From Zygnema circumcarinatum SAG 698-1b (lineage: Eukaryota > Plantae > Zygnematophyceae), in the NCBI GenBank assembly GCA_037447605.1, contig CM074812.1, positions 2,976,001-3,040,000 on the forward strand: a stretch of DNA of 64,000 bases. Direction: 5' to 3'. Within the stretch, counting starts at the first letter, position 1. Each line of letters starts with the position of its first letter. Below the pieces are notes generated by a model. The model was not told where the DNA came from. It ran no database searches and worked only from the letters and a program-made list of their open reading frames with translations. Position numbers and translations under genes: made by a program. Of the stretch, positions 54,378-64,000 are shown piece after piece.

Positions 54378-57300
54378 CTAGTTGGCAATGGAGGGGAGGT
54401 CCTTCACCCACGGATCCAAGGGCTTGCCAATGGAGAAGACGATGAATCCAATTTCCCGCAACTTCTCGACGGGGAGAATGTTGCGACCGTCGAACACAAA
54501 CGCAGGCTTCGTCATAGAATCATAGATTTTCTGCATGGCATAAGAGAGGGAGAGAGAGGGTATGAGAGAGAGGGAGAGGGAGGGAGGGAGGATATACGAC
54601 TCTCTCCCGGGTGACGCGAATATTCTTCATCAGTGTACCGACTGCAGTGTCTCTCCCCTCTATGTTCCAAAATTGTACCACAATTTCACTCGCGTTTTAC
54701 ATGATCCCAAAACCAACAACAAAAAAACTAATTGCATTATTACTGATTCAACAGCAAGCAACATTCCCAAGACACCATTTCATCTCCTCTGTCTCTCCCT
54801 CTCCCTCTCTCTCTTTCCTCCCTTTCTCATCATGATCTCTAATTGTTTCCCTTTTTTTCAAGTCATACCTGGTAGTCGAGAGTCTTGAACTCGTCCCATT
54901 CGGTAATGACGCAAATTGCATGGGCATCCTTGCAAGCGGCATATGCGTCCCAGCACACCGACACCTTCACAAATACAAAGGAAAACCTCACTGACCTCAG
55001 CTGTGTCTTCCAACTCCTTAAGGAAACCGGTTTGGTTACTTTTTTTTGGTATTCTGGTTGATGGGTATTTCGAATTTCATATTTTTTGGACTTCAATTTT
55101 CGGTTTTTGGTCGGTTTTTGGTTTGCGGCTTTTTGTCCTTTTATTTAAGGGTGGTCGAAGAGCTCTCAAGAACTTCTCTAAGTGAATACCGCCCCAAGGT
55201 TGTTCTCGCTAAACGCAATTCAGCATGGATCCAATCTCAGTCGATTCCCTCCCATCCCCCCCACTCCCTCCCTCTCTACCCTCCCTCGTGAGCCTTCCTA
55301 CAACCGGCCTCTCTCTCTGTCTCGCCCTCTGTAAACATTGTCAGCCCTCTCTCACCCACCCCCCCTTCTCAGCCCCATCTCTCTCACTTCCAAACCCCTC
55401 TGCCTTAGCCCTCCCACAACCGGCCTCTCTCTGACTCTCTCTCTGTGAACACTCTTGTGTGCCCTCCTCTTCTCGGCCCCATCTCTCTTACTTCCAAACC
55501 CCTCTGCCTTAACCCTCCCACAACCTCTCTCTCTCTCTCACTCTCTCTCTCTCTCTCTCACTCTCTCTTTCTCCCTCACCCTCACCCTCACCCTCTCCCT
55601 CTCCCTCTCCCTCTCCCTCTCCCTCTCCCTCTCCCTCTCCCTCTCCCTCTTCCTCTCCCTCTCCCTCTCCCTCTCCCTCTTCCCTCTCCCTCTCCCTCTC
55701 CCTCTTCCCTCTCCCTCTCCCTCCCTCTCCCTCTCCCTCTCCCTCTCCCTCTCTCCCTCTCCCTCTCCCTCTCCCTCTCCCTCTCCCTCTCCCTCTCCCT
55801 CTCCCTCTCCCTCTCTCCCTCTCCTCTCTCCCTCTCCCTCTCCCTCTCCCTCTCCCTCTCCCTCTCCCTCTCCTCTCCCTCTCCCTCCCTCTCCCTCTCC
55901 CTCTCCCTCTCTCCCTCTCCTTCTCCCTCTCCCTCTCCCTCTCCCTCTCCCTCTCCCTCTCCCTCTCCCTCGCCCTCTATCACTCTGTCTCTCTCTCTCT
56001 CTGTGTACCTTCTTGTCTGCCGTGGGGCTGACAGGCTGCAGGTGCTGCGGGTGGTCCCAGTCGAACTTGTTCATGGCCAGGTCCCTCCTCATCTGCTCCT
56101 CCGTCACTTGAGGGTCGTAAATGCTCAGAATCGCACGGTCGCCCAAAAGCCCGTGAGCCACATCGATGGCGGGAGTCTCCCGCGTGTCTCCCGTGTCCTT
56201 CTTGAAGGCAAACCCAAGCATGGCGATCTTCTTTCCGGAGACAGTGTTGAACATGGAGGAGACAATGCGCTTCACAAACCGAGACTTTTGGTAGTCGTTG
56301 ATGGAGACCACTTGCTTCCAATAGGCTGCAACTTCAGGAAGACCGTTGCATTCACAGATATAGACCAGGTTGAGAATATCCTGCGGGAAATGTGGGTGGA
56401 GAGGTGAAATTAGGTGATGGGGTTTCAAGAGGTTGGGGCTGTTCAATGGGATATCGTAATCGTTTTCTATCTTCACATAGTAGGCGATGGTAAACATAAG
56501 ATTCAGAAAGCTTAAGGAAGAAGTAGCAATCGAAGTTTCGAGAAATTTTGGCGTCCTCTCTCCTTCTCCGTCCCCCTTGCCTCCCCCTCTTTCCCTCTCC
56601 CTCCCTCCTCTCTCCCTCTCTCTCGTCTCCCCCTCCCTCCCTCTCTCCGCCCTTCCTACAAGCCCTCATTATTGACAATAAGTTATTGCATCGCTTTCGA
56701 AATTTCTCCCACTGCCTGGTTCATAACTTGCTCAGAGTAGGACTGGCTTTCAGAAAGGTCGATGTTATCATGAGACCCTTTTTTCCTTGACTAATCACCT
56801 CAAATACAACGAAGGAAGACGAAACTGAAAGCTGACAGCTGAAGTCAAAACAAACTGAACTGAAACTGAAACTGAAACTGGACGTACATAGAAAGAGGAA
56901 ACCAACCTTCTGGAAGCAAGATCCTCCGAATCCCACGGATGCTCCCAAAAACTTGGGTCCAATTCGCGAGTCTTTTCCAATTGCATAGGCGACCTCCGAG
57001 ACATCTGCTCCGGTAGCTTCGCAAAGAGCAGAAATTGAGTTCACGGACGAAATTCGCTGCGCCAAAAAGGCATTCGCAGCTAGCTTTGAAAGCTCGGCAG
57101 ACCTAGAATAGAACCGCGGGCAATGGAAATCAATAACAAATAAGGGAGGGGAGGGGAGGGNNNNNNNNNNAGGGGAGGGAGGGGAGGGGAGGGAGGGGAG
57201 GAGAGGGAGGGGAGGGGAACACATGGATAATGTTGTAATCTGATTGCATCATTAGGTGATCAAGGAAAGGAGGGTGAAGATGGAGGCATCCATAGCAGAC

Positions 57301-60300
57301 TAAAGACGACATTTAGCTCCTGTTGCTGAGGTTTGGATCATCGATCAGAGCACCCAAGCATGCCCTAGAGAGGAGAGAGGGAGAGAGAAAAAGAGTATGT
57401 GGGATCTGAGGAGGGAGAGGCAGCTTACCATAAGTTAGTTCGGATGATGTTCTCCTCCGGAATCCAGTGAGCATAAACGGCAGCCAAAGTAGCCACTGCC
57501 TTTTGCCCCTCGGGAGTGGTCCTTCCTCCTGCATGTTCCAACAACAAAAAAAGATAATGCCACATAAGAAATAGAAACACAAAGCAGCCGAAGCACTACT
57601 ATTATTTACACATCTGCGGATCCCTAACAAGGAAGATGATGCCGTGGAAGAGATCAAATTAGTACCAGTCGTAATAAGCACCGAATACATTAAAAACCAG
57701 GAAAGTAACAAACAATCGAATATGGGAGAACTCGTATGAGGAAGACCTCCAATTGGTATTGCCCCTACTCCCTTTCCCGGAGTTCTCTCTTCCTCTCATC
57801 ACTGCCTCATTCTCTTCTTTATCTTTATCCTCTCATCCTGACTTATTCTTCCTTTTTCTCCTCCTCTCTCTCACAAACACGGAGCTCAAGCAGCAGGTGA
57901 ACACACTAGACAGAGTAGGACGACTAGTAATGAGGGCAGCAAATTATTTTTAAGAGACTCTAAACTAATAAGTTCAAGTGAAAGGAGGCCCTGAAAAAGT
58001 CTGCCATTTTCATATTTTTTTAGAGAAAGAACCAAAATGTTATATGCCAAGATAAGTTTAAATAAACAAAAATAACTCACCGATAAGGACACGGTCAGGC
58101 TTGTCCAGATCAGCAATTGCAGTTCCCTCAGCAAGGAACTCAGGGTTCGACAGAATCTGAACAAGGGTAAAAAAGTAACCGGCCTTAGCTAAGCATTCAC
58201 TGCTTGCATTTTCACCCCCCTTATCTTTACTCTAAACCAAATCTCCAGCCACTCCTCTCCCTCTACCTCAACACTATCTTCTCCTTCACAGCCTATCTTT
58301 GCCTCCCTTAATACTCTCTCTTTCCTCCTCCCTTTCTCCCCCCCCCCCCTTCTCTCCCTTCTGCCTTGCCTGCTCCCAAATCCCAATGCTTTCCCCCCAT
58401 CTTCCCTCTCTGCCTTCTATCATCACATAGGATAAGCAATTCGGATGGAAGAAACTCAAGAACCCCACCTTGAGAAAAAGCAACAAATAAACAGCGAGTC
58501 CTATGTCCTATGGACACAGATCATCAGTTTCAAATACAAGAAAGTTGATGATGCCCATCATCAGACCTGAAAGTTGATGCCTTTGTTGTTGTGGGTCAAA
58601 ATCTTCTCAATGGCCTCCGCGGTCTTCACCGGCACGGTCGACTTCTCGACCACAATCTTGTCCGACTTTGAGACCTCTCCGATCATGCGCGCGGCGCTCT
58701 CCCAATAGGTCAAATCGGCCGCCTTGCCAGCGCCGAGACCGCGGGTCTGCATACGATCGGATACATCATGAGATGATATCGATATGACTTTCTCTCACTC
58801 ATGCTCACCTTCACATCTCACTAATGTGTGGGATGATATCTACGGCATATAAAGATAAGTATATATATACATAACATTATGATGTATTGGAATATACAGA
58901 GCATTGGCGATGAAATTAAGTTGCATCAAAAACATAAATTGACACCACGCCATCACCAGGGTGCTGAGAAAGTGATGACACCGACTCAAGCAGCTGCATG
59001 CTTTCGGTAATAAGCCAAAGACAAAAAAGGACGGTTAAAAAGAAAAGCAAAAAAAGACAGGAAATGTCAAAAGGAATGTTTAGCGTTGAAGGCATAAGAG
59101 GGTCGAACTTGGTTGGCGACTCAATACGACTAATCACAGAATTAAAGCGTTGGAGGGTCCACGCTCCACAGAATTAGGGTCCACGCACCACAGAATTAGA
59201 CCACAAGGGTACACGCACCACAGAATTAGGGTCCACAAGGGTACACGCACCTTGGTGGGCGTGTTGACGGAGACGAAGATGATGTCCGCCTCCGCGACGT
59301 ACTTTTCCACTTCGGTGGAGAAGAAGAGGTTGCGGCCGCGCGCCGCCTTCACCACCTCGTCGAGGCCGGGCTCGTAAATCGGCAGAGTGTCGCTGCCAGG
59401 GCAAAGGGCAAAGAGGGGGGTTAGGAGAGAGAGATAGGAGGGGGGAGGGAGAGAGAAGGGGAGGGGGAGGGAGGGGTGGAGAGGGGCGAGAGAGAGAGAG
59501 TGGGGGGAGGGAAAGGACAAAGGGCAGAGGGGGGGATTAGGAGAGAGAGATAGGAGGGGGGAGGGTGGAGGGTGGAGGGAGAGAGGTGGGGAGAGGGGAC
59601 GGAGAGAGGGGGCAGGAGTTAGAGGGAGTGGGAAAGGGGGAGGGGCGGATGGAGAGGGGAGGAGGGGAGGGAGGGGGTGAGGGGGGAGAGGGAGGGGGGT
59701 AGGGGGGAGTGGGAGGGGGTGGGAGGGGAGAGGGAGGGGGGAGGGGAGAGTGAGAGGGGGTGAGGGAGGAGAGGGAGGGGGAAGGGGGGAGATGCAGGAG
59801 GAGATGGGAGGAAGCGAGGGAGCGAGAGAGAGAGGTGTGAGCGAGAGGAAGAGAAAGAGGGAACTAGTGAAAATGGAGTGAGATAGAGGGACAGAGAGAG
59901 AGAGGAGCGATCCTATTCCTCAACATTGGATCAAAGGAGACAGCACGAGAAATAGGGATGATGAGAGAAAGAGTGAGTGAGAGAGATTTAAATGTGGACC
60001 ATGTTTGTGAGACAGAACAAGGAAACCTTTCTATGACAGCTATTGAGGAAAGCAAGAATCATCACTCTCTGCTTTCAGTGAAAAGGAAAGATATCAAACA
60101 GAAAAAAAATCGAGAAAAAGCTGCAAACAAAATCCCAAAAAAAAAACACTTGCCAGACGCCCAAAAAAACATCTGAATACAAAAACGTCTTGAAAAAATC
60201 AAACATCTGATACTCTTTCAGACAGATGATAACCAAGGCATTCGGAAAACGATCCAACACGACTGAAAATTGAAACCGCGCCTTCAAACGAAAGCATTAA

Positions 60301-60716
60301 TCCTTTCAGTAAAAGTAAAACGCCCCATTGATGTTTTGAAAAAAAAACCTAAAGAAAACCCAAAAAAAAACCAAAAAAAACCGTAGAACAGCAATGATCC
60401 AAGGTCAATAATGATTCATTAACCTTAGAACAGCAATGATCTAAGGTCAACAATGATTCAATACATAAAAAAGCCTTAGAACAGCAATGATCCAAGGCCA
60501 CCAGCGATTCATCAAAAGTAAAACCCAGCCGCATTGCATTGCAGGCCGGCCATTGGAGCGCTTCTTCGATTGCAGCGCTTGGTACCTGTTCCAGGCGGCG
60601 ATGCGCGGCTTGCTGATGTCAACCACCGTCACCATGACGTCAGGGCACTTCAGGGCGATCATGGCCATAGTCGGCCCGCCCACATACCCCGCGCCGATGC
60701 AGCATATCTTCACCAT
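54378..60716 (-). CDS. UGD: UDP-glucose 6-dehydrogenase, copy 2 (inverted duplicate, same protein)
   Basis: Exons (minus) 60716-60586, 59392-59251, 58746-58567, 58156-58081, 57528-57429, 57102-56907, 56380-56009, 54964-54869, 54530-54378. Exon lengths are identical to copy 1 (131,142,180,76,100,196,372,96,153); about 18 nucleotide differences by eye, all synonymous. Confidence 0.97.
55590..55980. repeat. (CCCTCT)n hexamer tract in UGD copy 2 intron 7
   Basis: Direct reading; this tract is not present as such in copy 1 intron 7. Confidence 0.9.
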
Positions 60717-60834
60717 CCTCGCTCCCTCTCTCTCTCTCTCCCCCTCTCTTTCTCTCTCTCCCTCTGCAACTCACAGCTCTCTCTCACTCCTCTCGCTCCC
60801 TCTTCCTCTTTCTGTGTTACACTACTAACAGCTC

Positions 60835-60870
<36 letters not shown>

Positions 60871-62039
60871 CCTCTCTCTCTCTCTCCCTCTCACATTTGA
60901 GTTGCAGATCTTCATCTTCCAATTACCAACCTCCGACCCCTCCTGATCTCCCACAAATTTGGAGAATGCCAGCCGTCGATCTTCCAACCATCTGCAATCC
61001 TGACCGTCCGATGAACCTCCTTCACACGTGCGAACGTTTGGTAGAAATGTTGAAACTGGCCCTACCAACCTGCCATACCATATACGGAAAATGTACGGAC
61101 ATGAATCGCACTGTACAAAACTGTACAGCGTTGTACGAATCAGAGAATTCAGAAACTTAAGGAACCCCCCACTATGGGTGCGCCACGTGGACAATTATGA
61201 CACGTGGCGTGAACTCCTTGGACATTCTTATGTACGGGCATGTACGGATCAGGAACTTAAGAATGCAGTAGTTAAGAAATGCCCTATTGTGGACATGGGG
61301 CGTGAATTCATTGGACATGCTCTACAAAAAGGGGCCTGCAGGCCTGACACCTACACGATGGAGGAAAATCCGCCGTCGATTAGAAGATTCTGTCAAGCAT
61401 CGTCCGTCCGATCAGATGCGCATGTGCCAACATTTTCTTGCGGTCCCTGGCCCTCTAGGACCTAGGCCGGGGACCATTCTCCATAGCAAAATTTTGACGA
61501 TTAATTTCCTCCAATTGGGAATGCACCACGTGGCCGTTATACACGTGACATACCACTATTGGATAGATCTCGATGTTCAAGAATTTCAGTCATCCGACGT
61601 GGCGTCATATGCTCCGTCCGATTCTACGATCAAAAGAATGTCGTCGATCCTGTATCGTCGTTGATCTGCACCGTCCGATTACGTGACAGCGAACGTAAAT
61701 TCCGAGTTCCAAACGGGCAACTCACTGTTGGGTTCCCTTCAAAACCTGAATACGTACTTGCAAACTGCTTTAAATACCTTATTAGGCTTTTTGCAAGATA
61801 CGCTTTTCGACGTATCTGAATGTTGGCCATACCTGGGGTCAGACAAAAAGGACCACAGCGGAAATCCCGGGGGACGGAGAGTATTTTGTTGTTTTTTGAG
61901 TACCGTTTTGGGACAACGTTCACAATATGGCGCGCAGAATCAAAAATTAAAATCCCGTCGTTATTGCAATGGCGCAGTGTGAACGGGGGAGGATGTTCAC
62001 ACGCGTCCAGTTGGCAAGTTTTCCACAGGTCGGACCAGT

Positions 62040-62400
62040 GGTTCGGCAACCATTGGACAACCATTGGATGGCAATGGTTGGACGTCGACTGTTGCCAACC
62101 ATTGGCATCTACTGGTTTTGAACCATTCGAATGGTTGTTTCGGTCTGGCGCCAATGGTTGGCAACCATTCGACTGGTTGGCGGGCATTGGCATGCACTGG
62201 TTCCGAACCATTTGAATGGTTGTTTCGATCTGGCGCCAATGGTTGGCAACCAATCGACTGGTTGGCAAGCATTGGCATGCAGTGGTTCCGAACCAGTCGA
62301 ATGGTTGTTTCTGACAACCACTGGCATCTACTGGTTCCGAACCATTCACATGGCTGTTTCGATCCATGCCAATGGTTGGGAACCAGTCGAATAGTTGGTC
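62040..62400. repeat. 85-bp tandem repeat (~3.5 copies) with nested palindromes
   Basis: CATTGGCAT recurs at 62100, 62185 and 62270 (period 85). Units contain AACCATTCGAATGGTT (perfect palindrome), GGCGCCAATGGTTGGCA and CAACCATTCGACTGGTTG. Confidence 0.8.
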
Positions 62401-63224
62401 TAATGGTCCGACCTGTGCAAGTTTTCGTCATTTGTCACGGCGGGCGGGGTTCCATGGAGCCGATTCAAACTACGCCACGTCGGATGGGCCGTTTTGACCC
62501 CATGCGTTATCCAATCAGATCTTGCCACGTGTACGTCAACAAATTGCTGCGACGATCACGACGTGTCGTTGCATGCGTGCCAGCGTGGCAATCGGATCCT
62601 AAGCACCCACGTGGCAGAGCGCAATTGGATAACACCCGTTTTCTAAGACAACGAGAGGTTTTCTTTTGGACAAAAAACCATGTCGTGGCAGCCACGTCGG
62701 CGCCACGCTGGCACCACGTCAGCAAACCACGACCTGATGATCCCTGAAACGCACACGAGGGCAAAACTGTCCATGGAGCCCCGCCCCGAGTCTTGCCTTT
62801 CATGGTCATATGAAATCTGACAAATTCTAGGTGTGGCATGCCAGTGTTGTTTAACAAGTGTTTCTAGACACAACTTGAGTAGCAGCACGCAAGTGCATGT
62901 ACTCAAATACTTCTCTAGAGCCGTGTTGTTGTCGCTGTTGGGCCTATCGCATGGTTCCGCTCATATCCTTTTCTTCCGCTGGTCACTTCTGAAGCGTTCA
63001 CATTGGTTCTCTAAGTTTCGTCTTTGTCTATTATCCATTGTCCATTGTATGGCATCGCCATCGTGAGACCCATGCCATGCCAAGTCACCTCCCTCCCTGA
63101 CCTCCTCCCCCACCCACCCCGCCACTCAGTCTCCTGCACACTTTGCCGCACCTCCTTCCTTGCATGCACGCGAGCAAGCGCGCACAACTTTTTGTTGTGC
63201 GCCGTTCCATGTTTAAATCTCATG

Positions 63225-63410
63225 TGAGCCATGTCCGTCACGTGACTCGAAAAAACTATCAATTGTCACGTCGCATAACGCCACGCCACGTGGCCCACGT
63301 CACGTTTCGTCTCATCGCGTCACGTCACATCACGTCACGTTTCACCTCATCACATCACGTCACGTCACGTCTCATCACGGCCAGTCACGTCCCATCACGT
63401 CACGTCCACT
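63225..63410. repeat. (TCACG/TCACA)n pentamer-like ACGT-rich tract
   Basis: GTCACGTCACATCACGTCACGT.. repeated. Confidence 0.75.
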
Positions 63411-64000
63411 TGCCCGTTGAAGCAACCGTTTTCGGACCCGGTGGGGCCCAAACCGCCACCGACATGTGCCGGTGACGTCACCGACAGTTGGTCCACGTGG
63501 CCGGTGGTCATTGGAGGTACTGACAGAGCAGGCGACGTGGCCACCTATCACTGGTTAATTTTTACAGTTTGTGTAGAGCAACGTGTCCGTGTCGCATTGG
63601 CCAGCCTGGTCCTTTTCTGTCGGGTGGCGGGCGACGCTACATACGACAAAATATCCACTAGTCTCCAAAAGTCTTTCGTGAAAATGGCCACGTTTCGATC
63701 ACTGACTGGAGGACACCGCAAAAGTCTGACCAAGTCCAGCCTGGTCGCACGTGTAGGCACGTGTCGAGTGTCGAAGGCAGGAACTCCGGGTATTTCGTAC
63801 CCGGAATCCGTACAACGGTGCTTTTGGACAGTACGGCGAACACGTGTCGAGTGCTGAGCTCCTGAGAGCTGGACAGAATCTTTTCCAAGATATGTCCGCT
63901 GGACAAGTGGCTTTTACACGTGTGAATTGTCGCTTCTGTCGGTGGAGACGTCATGGGCTGGACACGTGGCATTAACACGCGTTACATCTTGTCGGTTGTG

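Noticed and set aside
61630-62747. ORFs of 130-245 aa over the 85-bp repeat
   Set aside because: Their periodic peptides come from the DNA repeat, and all frames are similarly open.

Overview
Eukaryotic, intron-rich nuclear DNA with plant-type proteins, TTTAGGG telomere motifs and introns packed with GA/CT low-complexity repeats. I infer a streptophyte green alga (Zygnematophyceae-like); the species cannot be identified from the sequence. Five spliced genes can be built by hand with GT-AG junctions. (1) The 5' half of GRV2/RME-8 (DNAJC13), minus strand, 18 exons, running off the left edge. (2) A complete ATJ6/DNAJC9-type J-protein, plus strand, head-to-head with GRV2 and with a telomere-repeat-filled putative 5'UTR intron. 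(3) A FYVE-less FAB1/PIKfyve PI3P 5-kinase, minus strand. (4,5) Two 9-exon UDP-glucose 6-dehydrogenase genes forming a ~20-kb inverted duplication; they encode the same 481-aa protein and differ by about 18 synonymous changes. The 4.3-kb spacer between the UGD arms holds an intronless, frameshifted orphan multi-pass membrane ORF and a 388-bp foldback element. Related CCAATGGTTGG palindrome arrays bracket both UGD copies almost symmetrically. Other oddities are a 9-copy array that amplifies an exon end plus its 5' splice site, an inverted repeat flanking GRV2 exon 2, and GTAC and ACGT motif clusters. Most ORFs in the supplied track are artefacts of GA/CT repeats. Seven 10-N gaps are present, one of them inside the UGD spacer, so the assembly needs checking.
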